Source: Armatimonadota bacterium
GTDB lineage: Bacteria > Armatimonadota > HRBIN16
NCBI GenBank assembly: GCA_963677485.1
Contig: OY781964.1
Location: forward strand, 320,001 to 384,000
Direction: 5' to 3'
Length of the DNA: 64,000 nucleotides
The position numbers and the translations under genes were made by a program. Below the pieces are notes generated by a model. That model worked only from the letters and a program-made list of their open reading frames with translations, was not told where the DNA came from and did not search any database. Shown piece by piece: positions 1 to 8,428 of this stretch. Position 1 is the stretch's first letter. Each line of letters opens with the position of its first letter.

Positions 1-417
1 CTGGAGGCCATCATCCGCCTGAGCAAGAAGGCGAAGCTGCCGATGAAAGGCGTGACCGTCGATAACCCGTATGACTACGCCACAGGACGCTGCAAGATGA
101 AATTCCCTGAGGGGTATGATCCCAAGAGCATCGACTGGATGAGCCGCATCCGGGGCATCGAGGACATCTGCCACAAGAACAAGCTGGAGTTCAATCTGGT
201 GGTGAACTCACAGACACCCGGTGAGAGCAATATGCCAGATTATTGCCAGGAGACGCTTCAGTATGTGGACCACTACCGCAGACTCAGCGGACGCCCCGAC
301 ACCTGGATCGTGCAGAGCTGGTACACCCACCCCCTGCGCGACGAGGTGTTGCCCGAGACCAAGCCGAACACCTTCATGTGGCTGGTCAAGCAGGTGATTC
401 AGAAGGTCAAGGGGTAG
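1..417 (+). CDS. hypothetical protein, C-terminal part (5' truncated by window edge)
   Basis: Frame is open from base 1 (LEAIIRLSKK...) through ORF 43..417 to TAG; GC-rich codon usage; followed by a repeat cluster. Confidence 0.75.
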   Translation: MEAIIRLSKKAKLPMKGVTVDNPYDYATGRCKMKFPEGYDPKSIDWMSRIRGIEDICHKNKLEFNLVVNSQTPGESNMPDYCQETLQYVDHYRRLSGRPDTWIVQSWYTHPLRDEVLPETKPNTFMWLVKQVIQKVKG

Positions 418-419
418 AG

Positions 420-574
420 ATTCATCCGCAGATTACGCAGATTACACAGATGGTTCTTGGAACGCCCCTGGGAAGGCCAATCTCCCGATTGGCCTTCTCC
501 TTCCCTATCTGTGTCATCCGGTTGATCCGTGGTTCAGACATCTCCGCAGGGCAGGCACAGGGGCCTGCCCCTAC
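420..574. repeat. nested intergenic palindromic repeat cluster (REP-like)
   Basis: CCGCAGATTACGCAGATTACACAGAT and its approximate inverse ATCTGTGTCATCCGGTTGATCCGTGG enclose the hairpin GGAAGGCCAATCTCCCGATTGGCCTTC; then AGGGCAGGCACAGGGGCCTGCCCCTAC (GTAG-type REP on the minus strand). Lies between convergent genes. Confidence 0.7.
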
Positions 575-595
575 CCGCCCTGTCTGGTAGATGGC

Positions 596-1156
596 TTACC
601 GATACAATCGAGACGCCCTGGCCTTTCTGTAGCCGAGGTAAACATACACAGATATGCGTCGTAGACCCATACTCGGGATAATTACACAGACCGTTAGTAC
701 ATGGGCTACTAGCAATGGTAAGGTCATGATAAGCGAAGAAACCGATGGAGCCGGTTTGAATGGTGCCCCGCTGGTACACAACAGTAAGGCAGGATATATC
801 ATCAATGCTTCTAGCATGATGATTGTGATCAATGGACGTGCTATGCATGCGATCATGTCACAGATACTGGAGTTTTTCGAATGCATGATTAACGGCTTAA
901 ATTTCTGGGTTCGGTGCTTTACGAAATCCCTCAGTTCATCGATATTGCATATAATCCCCCAAACACCGACTAACCATATCCATACGACTGATATCACTCC
1001 AGGCGAATGAGGGCCGGTACCATATTGGCCGGTCAATATGCTATACGCCTCATAATATGCGGGAAATATAAATATTAATACTGCCGGGATACGGGTTATA
1101 AGTGCATTCACATAATAGTCAATACTATTCAAAAACGTCCGCCCGTATCCCCTCAC
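596..1156 (-). CDS. hypothetical membrane protein (about 4 TM segments)
   Basis: 186-aa ORF with hydrophobic segments; its start overlaps the stop of the upstream gene by 4 bp (coupled). Confidence 0.6.
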   Translation of the reverse strand: MRGYGRTFLNSIDYYVNALITRIPAVLIFIFPAYYEAYSILTGQYGTGPHSPGVISVVWIWLVGVWGIICNIDELRDFVKHRTQKFKPLIMHSKNSSICDMIACIARPLITIIMLEALMIYPALLLCTSGAPFKPAPSVSSLIMTLPLLVAHVLTVCVIIPSMGLRRISVYVYLGYRKARASRLYR

Positions 1157-3336
1157 TCGAAATACTCCGGTGCGTGCTCACGGATGTGCTGCAGAATGAT
1201 CATTACATCTGGATGATTGCCTGATATGACAATCTGCGACTTTACAGAGCCGCGGACAAGCACGATCTTTTTGATGCCCGATGCTTTCCTGGCATCATAC
1301 TTTACCTCAACCTTGGTGAGTTCGTCCCATCGAATGGCTCGACAACTCGGACTATTAATCGCACCTGTCAGACTGATCCCACAATCGGTAACACAATAAT
1401 AGGCCGTGAGGTGGAACAACACCTGTATAGGAATGTAAAATGCAAATACAGCATAATAGAGCGCACACACTACAAACATCAGGATTCGTTGAGGATCGTC
1501 TATGAGCCATCTCGAAACCGATATAAATAGCACGATAAATAGTAATTCATAGGCCACGATAAGGATGGTGGCAGCCGTTTGACCGATGTTGATATCTGAA
1601 ACACGGTAGCAGTTGTCTCTTGATGTGAGCTGGCTCCAGCGGGTGGGCCAGTTCGAAAGCTCATCTGCGATCCACTCAACCAGCATTACGACAGCGAGCC
1701 CAACAGGAAATGACACAAATATGGCGGCTGCTACCATTGCTACCACCGTCAAGAACTCGTATGACTGAAACGCGACCATTACAATAAAGTCAGCCGTCAA
1801 GGTTATACATAGCACCGTGAAGCCTAGAGAACTGGGCGATGTCACCATTCCAGGCAGCACCTTGCATAACTTGTCTGGTATTTGGCCGTATTTTTCCGGA
1901 ACTATGTGTTTGAAATCACGCAGGATATTGTCAATCTCCGCATGTCGGCCTGATATGGTAATACTCTTGAAGTATGGTCCGCCGGGACCGGTGGTCAAGA
2001 CGACCTTCTTGATGCGGTCCGAATTTGATGCGCTATACTGCACATCGACACTGCTCAGTAAATCCCACTTGATATGTGTCTCATCGACACCCGCAACAAG
2101 CGACTTGGTGCAGACCTCTTCATCGCTCAGGTAAAGCCGTGTGGTCAGAATATGGACCAGTTTCAATGTGCCCAGTACAACGGACATCAGCACAACCAGA
2201 GCCAGTGTGGGAAGAACAAAGGACAGATTTGATGGGGCTTTGTTGCTCAGGATCACGGCCAGTGTCACAACTATGGCTTCCGCTGCGGTATATACAAGCC
2301 AGGCCCTGGCTCGTTCATTACTGGAGGTCAGCATGTAACATCGGGCACCTGTTTGGAACGACTCCCAGCGTAACTTGACATTCATCAAGAAAGAAATGAG
2401 TCTCACCGCACACATCCCAAACCCAAGAACCCAGATGGTGGTTACGAAGAGCCTCCAGTTTGATGGCGACCCATAAACCGGAAAAAGGAGGGGTTGAAGA
2501 CAGATCACCCAAGCGGTGATCGCCAGCCCCAGCGTCCAGTTGGCTACGTCACGCCGTAAAGTGTTTCGAAGCTGCTTCGGTTCAGACGCTACATCCACCA
2601 GCTTGTCTGGCACAGCCTCACGTATGTGCTGTAGAATCTGTTCAAGTTGGGGATGGTGGCCAGGTATGACGATGTTACCGTAGCGTAGACTTCCCTTCAC
2701 AACCAGCTTGCTTATACCAGACGGCAGGGTTGGGTCGCGGTGTATCTCGACACTCACGATCTGCTTCCAGTTGATCAGCGTCGGGTGCGGGTTGTATATC
2801 AATGATTCCTTGCTGATCCCGATATTCGATAAACATATATGCTTAGTCAGGTAGTCGATAAGCCCACCGCATATCCCCGTGGTGAACATCGTACAGATGG
2901 CAAGAACGAGTGGGATCATGTCGTATACAAACGAAGTATTTTTCTTGCCTGCACCATCATCTATGGCATCTATATTTAGGAACCATATAAAAGCGCCAAG
3001 CAATGCGAAGAGCAACACCGAAAATCCGATTTTGGTCCATCTGATTGAGCTGGGCCGAGTGAGCAGCTTAAAGCACTTAGTGTCAGTCATGAATCGGGCA
3101 CGCTGCTTCTTCCAGTTTCGCAGCGAATAACAGGAGATGCCTAATATTATCGCCATGGCTGCGATGCCATAGGCCCATATACCCACACGCACCCACATCA
3201 TATCCCTGGGTGACACGTCCTGGCAGGGCTGTTCGTCGTAGCATGCGCACGCCGGTAGTGACAGCATGATAGCCAAAAGAGCAGGCATGATCCGCTTCGT
3301 GAATACCGAGACGCTGGTTGTTTTTATATATCCCAT
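1153..3336 (-). CDS. multi-pass membrane protein with three TM + PH-like repeat units
   Basis: 727 aa; three copies of the unit ending I.I(P/S)G.H..I..IL......P (IPGHHPQLEQILQHIREAVP, ISGRHAEIDNILRDFKHIVP, ISGNHPDVMIILQHIREHAP). Confidence 0.75.
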   Translation of the reverse strand: MGYIKTTSVSVFTKRIMPALLAIMLSLPACACYDEQPCQDVSPRDMMWVRVGIWAYGIAAMAIILGISCYSLRNWKKQRARFMTDTKCFKLLTRPSSIRWTKIGFSVLLFALLGAFIWFLNIDAIDDGAGKKNTSFVYDMIPLVLAICTMFTTGICGGLIDYLTKHICLSNIGISKESLIYNPHPTLINWKQIVSVEIHRDPTLPSGISKLVVKGSLRYGNIVIPGHHPQLEQILQHIREAVPDKLVDVASEPKQLRNTLRRDVANWTLGLAITAWVICLQPLLFPVYGSPSNWRLFVTTIWVLGFGMCAVRLISFLMNVKLRWESFQTGARCYMLTSSNERARAWLVYTAAEAIVVTLAVILSNKAPSNLSFVLPTLALVVLMSVVLGTLKLVHILTTRLYLSDEEVCTKSLVAGVDETHIKWDLLSSVDVQYSASNSDRIKKVVLTTGPGGPYFKSITISGRHAEIDNILRDFKHIVPEKYGQIPDKLCKVLPGMVTSPSSLGFTVLCITLTADFIVMVAFQSYEFLTVVAMVAAAIFVSFPVGLAVVMLVEWIADELSNWPTRWSQLTSRDNCYRVSDINIGQTAATILIVAYELLFIVLFISVSRWLIDDPQRILMFVVCALYYAVFAFYIPIQVLFHLTAYYCVTDCGISLTGAINSPSCRAIRWDELTKVEVKYDARKASGIKKIVLVRGSVKSQIVISGNHPDVMIILQHIREHAPEYFE

Positions 3337-3353
3337 TTCATTATCGATCCTGT

Positions 3354-4073
3354 CTAGAGTGCTTCGTTCATCAAGTTCGGAGCGTGCTCGCGGATGTTCT
3401 GCAGGATGCGCTGGATATCCGGGTGGCTGCCGGGGATGACAATGGGCCTTAGTCGCCGGATTTCAGTGCGTCCTTGTAAGGTCACTCGGCGAATACCGGA
3501 CTTGCATTTAGGGTCGTGTTGAACATCAACACTTGTCAACTGCTCCCAGCGTATCACCCATGGAAATTGCTGGTACGCTTCCGATTCCACGCTAATCCCT
3601 TCATCATCGAGGCATGCATGAGCTGTCAGTAAATTGACAATCTCTATTGGTATGAATGCAACTATCATCAATATAACCCCAATCAACACTGGGATCATAT
3701 ATACAAGGAACGACAGCATCTTAGCGGTGGGATGTGACAGAAAGATATATAACACCGCACTGAGCATCATAAGTTCCAACGGAATCAACTGCATGTAAGC
3801 CGATACTCTGTCATTGGTCGTACAAACTAGTTTATAACAGCAGGTTTTGGATTGTAGAGCAGCCCGTCGGTCCTTTCTGCCCTTGAAAAAACCAACAATT
3901 GGTTTTACCATCTCTACGATACCCAGAATGCCAAACACCCAGTATACAGCACCGAATAGCATCCACCCGATGCGCTCACTGGGATATCGACCGATCAGGA
4001 ATACGATCACCGCCAACAAAATAGGTGTCAACAATAAAATGATTGACTGAGGGCGGATGCGTTTTTTATTCAT
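3354..4073 (-). CDS. membrane protein with one TM + PH-like unit (paralog family)
   Basis: 239 aa; about 4 TM; ends IPGSHPDIQRILQNIREHAP; GGAG RBS upstream. Confidence 0.8.
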   Translation of the reverse strand: MNKKRIRPQSIILLLTPILLAVIVFLIGRYPSERIGWMLFGAVYWVFGILGIVEMVKPIVGFFKGRKDRRAALQSKTCCYKLVCTTNDRVSAYMQLIPLELMMLSAVLYIFLSHPTAKMLSFLVYMIPVLIGVILMIVAFIPIEIVNLLTAHACLDDEGISVESEAYQQFPWVIRWEQLTSVDVQHDPKCKSGIRRVTLQGRTEIRRLRPIVIPGSHPDIQRILQNIREHAPNLMNEAL

Positions 4074-4097
4074 AGCCTTACCGTCTCCATTTAAAAT
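4069..4097 (+). promoter_or_regulatory. sigma70-like promoter for the candidate ncRNA
   Basis: TTCATA (4069-4074), 17-nt spacer, TAAAAT (4092-4097); the predicted start near 4103-4105 coincides with the 5' arm of the closing stem. Confidence 0.5.
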
Positions 4098-4102
4098 TTG
4101 TA

Positions 4103-4481
4103 TTGAAATCAGTTACCACGCAGCTCTGGCCATGTTCATTCGTAATAGCCGACGGGCGATTGGTGTATCCATACGCCGGCCGGAGCGAAGCGACGCCGGC
4201 CGATACTGATCAGCCGCGCGGTGCAGGAACCCGCACTGGACGCAGTTCCCGGAGCGTCAGCTCCCGGAACGTAGACGTGTGGGTGACAAAACCCGCGGTA
4301 GCGTGGCTGATCACCTGCGGTCCACGCCACCGTCCCTTGTCGACGGGTTCCGTGGCCCGTCCGTGACTTCGTCTCGGTAAGGGCACTGTCACCCATCGCT
4401 CATCAATACCGGCCCGCGTTCCGGCGGGCGTGGGAAGCCTTGCGCCCGTTCACAGGCTGAGACCCATCTGTGTAGTTTCAA
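4103..4481 (+). ncRNA. candidate large structured non-coding RNA, family not recognised
   Basis: GC-rich island in an AT-richer region with at least 9 nested helices and 5'/3' end pairing (TTGAAA/TTTCAA); G-T wobbles in six helices favour the + strand. Confidence 0.55.
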
Positions 4482-4491
4482 AACTGCATGA

Positions 4492-5223
4492 TCATACTGT
4501 CTCGTTCATCTTATCCGGTGCGTGTTCGCCGATATCCTGCAGGATGCGTTGAATATCCGGATGGCTGCCAGGGATGACAATAGGCCTCATCGGCCCTCTT
4601 GTGGTTCTACCGGTCACTATCACCTTCTTGATGTCATTCGATATCGCCTGTCGTTTTACCTTAATACTGGTCACCTGCTCCCAGCCGATGGCCTGCAGGC
4701 GCAACTCGTCTACTATTGTCTCGATGCCGTTTCCCTCTTCCGTGATACAAACGTGGGCTGTCAGGCTTTTTACCAGATCGAGTAATGCCTGTAATAACAT
4801 AATGAAGACGCCTGGCACGAAAATAGCTAGCCACATATATGATCCCAGGCGTATGCCGCTGTGGATTTCCGACAAAACCGACACCGTCATAGCAAGACTG
4901 ACGGTGATCAAAATGACAGGTCCGACAAGCGCAGGTATGACATCGCTCCGACAATTAAGCAGCTTGTAACATTGAGGTCTGGAATTGAATTCAAGGAGCC
5001 TTTCTTGCCTGTTTTTCAATACCTCCACCAGCTTCATTATGAGAACTACCATCATGAAGACAAACGGCAGCGAGAAGCAGATAGCGTATACCAACACTGA
5101 CGAAGTGATAGGGTGTTTCCGTGCGGTTAGAATAAGTATGAGAGCAGGCATCCACAGGGCGGTGTATATATTCCTCTGGATACCAATCTTTTTCTTGATG
5201 ATTTCGGCTCGTTTGTCGTCCAT
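4492..5223 (-). CDS. membrane protein with one TM + PH-like unit (paralog family)
   Basis: 243 aa; ends IPGSHPDIQRILQDIGEHAPD; clearly similar to 5257..5976; GAGGAG RBS. Confidence 0.8.
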   Translation of the reverse strand: MDDKRAEIIKKKIGIQRNIYTALWMPALILILTARKHPITSSVLVYAICFSLPFVFMMVVLIMKLVEVLKNRQERLLEFNSRPQCYKLLNCRSDVIPALVGPVILITVSLAMTVSVLSEIHSGIRLGSYMWLAIFVPGVFIMLLQALLDLVKSLTAHVCITEEGNGIETIVDELRLQAIGWEQVTSIKVKRQAISNDIKKVIVTGRTTRGPMRPIVIPGSHPDIQRILQDIGEHAPDKMNETV

Positions 5224-5256
5224 TGATGCGTTATCTCCTCATGGCTATCATTCGTA

Positions 5257-5976
5257 TCATTGACCCAACAGCGTCTTTGCTACCGTGTCAGGCGCGTGTT
5301 CGCGGATGTCCAGCAGAATGCGCTGGATATCCGGGTGGCTGCCGGGGATGATAATGGGTCTTAGCACCCCTCTTTTTGTCCTACCAGTCACTATCACCCG
5401 CTTGATAGCATTGGATATTGCCTGTCGTTTTACCATGATACTGGTCACCTGCCCCCAGTCGATAGTGTGCAGGCCTAGCTCCTTCACGACCGACTCCATG
5501 CTGATCCCCTGTTCCGTGATACAGACATGCGCTGTCAGAATTTTCGCCAGTTCGAGTATCACCATAAGAACCAGCATCAAGAAGCAAGGCACGAACCAGG
5601 TTAGCCACAAATATGAATGCTGACGTAATCCGGTGAGGGCCCCAACCAGAACATCCACAGCGAACGTGAGTGTGAACGTGATCAATACCACAGGTACTAT
5701 AAATGCGAATATCACATCGTTCCGGGTATTCACTAGCTTGTAGCATCCGGTTCTGGAGCCAAACTCTATGAGCCTTTCCTGTCGGTTTGTCAACACATCA
5801 ATCAATGAAACGCAAAGAAGCGTCGATATATATAACCACGGTAATGAAAAGTAAATTGCGTACACCAGCATAGACGAAGTGAGCCGATGGTGCTCAGCCG
5901 TGAAATTCAATATGATGGTGGGTAGTGATATGATCATGAATAGTATCTTGATGATACTGGCTTGTTTCTTGTTCAT
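5257..5976 (-). CDS. membrane protein with one TM + PH-like unit (paralog family)
   Basis: 239 aa; ends IPGSHPDIQRILLDIREHAPDTVAKTLLGQ. Confidence 0.8.
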   Translation of the reverse strand: MNKKQASIIKILFMIISLPTIILNFTAEHHRLTSSMLVYAIYFSLPWLYISTLLCVSLIDVLTNRQERLIEFGSRTGCYKLVNTRNDVIFAFIVPVVLITFTLTFAVDVLVGALTGLRQHSYLWLTWFVPCFLMLVLMVILELAKILTAHVCITEQGISMESVVKELGLHTIDWGQVTSIMVKRQAISNAIKRVIVTGRTKRGVLRPIIIPGSHPDIQRILLDIREHAPDTVAKTLLGQ

Positions 5977-5999
5977 ACCTTATTATTCCCTCATGGCTA

Positions 6000-7484
6000 T
6001 CATTGACCCAGCAGCGTCTTCGCGACCATGTCCGGCGCGTGTTCGCGGATGTCCTGCAGAATACGCTGGATATCCGGGTGGCTGCCAGGGATGGTAATCG
6101 AGCTCTTCGACCACTTATCATTGCCGCCTCGAACCACAACACGCCTGATCCCAGAGGGGCTGTGGTGCGAGGTCTGCACATCGAGCCCGGTGAGGTATTT
6201 CCAACTAATGCCTTCCCTGTCTTCGGATGTCTTTGCCGTTTTCACACATATACGCTCATCTGTGATGCAGACGCGCGCCGACAGTTTTGTGATAAGCCAC
6301 TCTGCACCCATCACGATTGGTATCAAAAAGCCAACCAGCAAGACAGCAAATAGGTAACGACCATTATGTGAGTGAGATATGCCCGTCAGATAGATACCAA
6401 ACGCATAGCTGAGTGTGATGATCACAACCACTGCGTAAACGACATATGCTCTGATCTTGTATGATCGGTCCTCAGCCAGGGCATATTCATGCGCAGCCAG
6501 TGGTGAGCTGCGGTGTTTGTATGCGGTGTAGGTATAGACGAGTGCAGCTATTTGTTGCAAGCATCCGACAACGATGACCATTGACAGAGTTACTGACCAA
6601 AGCAGCTTGACCGTCATACTTTTGGGGTATGCATGAAGCAGCCAGTTGGCGCTGATCACCACAGCCATGATGACCACCAGGTAAATCATGGCTAACACAC
6701 GCATAAACTTCACGCGAGGCGGCACAACAGTGACCTTTTTGGGCGGTGGCTCGAATTTGTCAGGGGCATGTACTCGTATCACCTCGAGCATCTGCTTGAC
6801 TGCCGGATGATGCCCGGGGATGGTAATGATCCTTGACTCACGCTTGCCGATTTTTCCATGAAGCGCCACTTTAAGAATGCCTGACAGATTACGCGAGCTC
6901 TTCCTTACCTCCACCCAGGTGAGATGGTCCCAGCTTATCCCTCCTGTATTGCTACCGCAAACCACAGATTCGAAATTCACACCGTCTTCTGTGATACAGA
7001 TATGGATGGTCAGGTAACTCAGCAGACTCAAAATGATCGCATCCGCGAATAACAGCACGATCGCCCATTGCATTGGCAATAAGAGGAAGTATATCTTGAA
7101 GTCCGGGTAGTAGTGATCCCAAAACGCGGCCGTAAGTATCTTGTGACTGACCAGATACCAGGCAGCCGCAGCGCATAAAATAAGCACACACACCGATATC
7201 GCAATACGACACGCGGCGTTGCTCGAATACCGGGTGGCCTGCGGGTTTGACCGCAGACGGTCCCACCGGCTTCGCCAGTGTATCAGCGCATCGGTCGGCC
7301 ACCACAGCAGGAGCGCATAGGACACAGCTACAACTATGTCCATGACAACCATGAAAATAATGTCAAGGGTGTCATCTATTGGCTGTGTGCGATGACCCTG
7401 GTTCTGGCACCACGCTGGTAATGACACCGCTTGAATGAGCAGCATATACCCCACAGCCTGCCGTACTCTATCTTTACGTTTCAC
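6000..7484 (-). CDS. membrane protein with two TM + PH-like units (paralog family)
   Basis: 494 aa; units end IPGHHPAVKQMLEVIRVHAP and IPGSHPDIQRILQDIREHAPDMVAKTLLGQ. Confidence 0.8.
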   Translation of the reverse strand: MKRKDRVRQAVGYMLLIQAVSLPAWCQNQGHRTQPIDDTLDIIFMVVMDIVVAVSYALLLWWPTDALIHWRSRWDRLRSNPQATRYSSNAACRIAISVCVLILCAAAAWYLVSHKILTAAFWDHYYPDFKIYFLLLPMQWAIVLLFADAIILSLLSYLTIHICITEDGVNFESVVCGSNTGGISWDHLTWVEVRKSSRNLSGILKVALHGKIGKRESRIITIPGHHPAVKQMLEVIRVHAPDKFEPPPKKVTVVPPRVKFMRVLAMIYLVVIMAVVISANWLLHAYPKSMTVKLLWSVTLSMVIVVGCLQQIAALVYTYTAYKHRSSPLAAHEYALAEDRSYKIRAYVVYAVVVIITLSYAFGIYLTGISHSHNGRYLFAVLLVGFLIPIVMGAEWLITKLSARVCITDERICVKTAKTSEDREGISWKYLTGLDVQTSHHSPSGIRRVVVRGGNDKWSKSSITIPGSHPDIQRILQDIREHAPDMVAKTLLGQ

Positions 7485-7542
7485 GGTTTACCGATGCCTC
7501 TCTTTACCATCAAACTCTTGCTGATGCGACCAGCTTGATATC

Positions 7543-7571
7543 AGCTTACATCAACGTTTGCGAAAGGTCAA
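7543..7571 (-). promoter_or_regulatory. sigma70-like promoter for the membrane-protein array
   Basis: Minus strand TTGACC (7571-7566), 17 nt, TAAGCT (7548-7543), about 60 bp upstream of the 7484 start. Confidence 0.45.
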
Positions 7572-7605
7572 TGGTGATAGATGGCTTTAGTCATCGACTC
7601 GGATT

Positions 7606-8320
7606 GTCACGCGAAGACGCGAAGGCGCGAAGTGTATTGTCCGAACCATTCGTGGTTTAATAAACCAACAAATCTAGCGCAAGGATACTAACTCGGAAAC
7701 TCACGCGAAGACGCGAAGACGCGAAGTGTGCTGTCCAAAGTGGTCTGACGAATCGCCGAACCATCCGCGTTCATCTGTGTCCATCCGTGGTTAAAAATCC
7801 AACACCACCCCGGTCTTATACTCGACACCAAGCTTTCGTGGCTATCCGCCAGACCGGCGCGGTCTTGAGCCTTCCGAAGCCGCTATCGAACAGCCAGACC
7901 GCCCCGGACATAGACAATGCTTGATCTGCGTCATCTGCGTCATCTGTGGATTAGCTTTTCCATGTCCGCGTTGGTCTGATGTATATCCGCGTTCATCGGT
8001 GTCCATCCGTGGTTAAAAATCCAACACCACCCCGGTCTTATACCCGACAGCAAGCTTTCGTGGCTATCCGCCAGACCGGCGCGGTCTTAAGCCTACCGTA
8101 TCCGCTAACGAACTGCCAGACCGCCCCGGACAGTGGCAATTCTTGGTCTGCATCATCTGTGGATTAGCATTTCCCATGTCCATGTTGGTCTGATGTATAG
8201 CCGAACCATCCGCGTTTATCCGCGTCCATCCGCGGTCAAAAGTACCCACACCGCCCCAGACAGTGGCAATTCTTGATCTGTGTCATCTGCGTCATCTGTG
8301 GATTATTATTTCATCCGTGG
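7606..8320. repeat. composite intergenic repeat array with a ~222-bp tandem duplication
   Basis: Two CACGCGAAGACGCGAAG modules, then near-identical units starting at 7763 and 7985 plus a partial third near 8208; the same modules recur at 10.4-10.7 kb and 16.4-16.7 kb. Confidence 0.8.
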
Positions 8321-8428
8321 TGAAAAATGACCAAACCGGCACGCAAACCCAATGTAGGAATACGCCCCGCCTGCGGCGAATACTACCACGCGGACACAAT
8401 CCGCACACCACAAGGTAAAGAGGCAGGC

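Noticed and set aside
4103-4396. Short ORFs 4103..4366, 4136..4396 and 4210..4392
   Set aside because: Arg/Pro/Gly-rich translations of GC-rich structured DNA, with no recognisable motif.
4103-4481. RNase P RNA, tmRNA or group II intron identity for the structured element
   Set aside because: A minus-strand GCACCGCGCGGCTG resembles part of RNase P, and AGCCG..GTGCAGGAACCCGCAC loosely resembles group II domain V. However GAGGAAAGTCC, the RNase P 3' motif, tRNA-like ends, intron boundaries and domain VI are not present.
596-7484. Integron cassette array
   Set aside because: Genes are mostly separated by under 35 bp with no attC-like sites seen, and there is no integrase.
7606-8320. Possible CRISPR array or small proteins (ORFs 7979..8167 and 8064..8249; also 10285..10702, 16512..16736, 20291..20491)
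   Set aside because: Spacing is irregular and inter-repeat sequence is duplicated; the ORFs are translations of repeat modules (SREDAK, TQITQI, IGPIRP).
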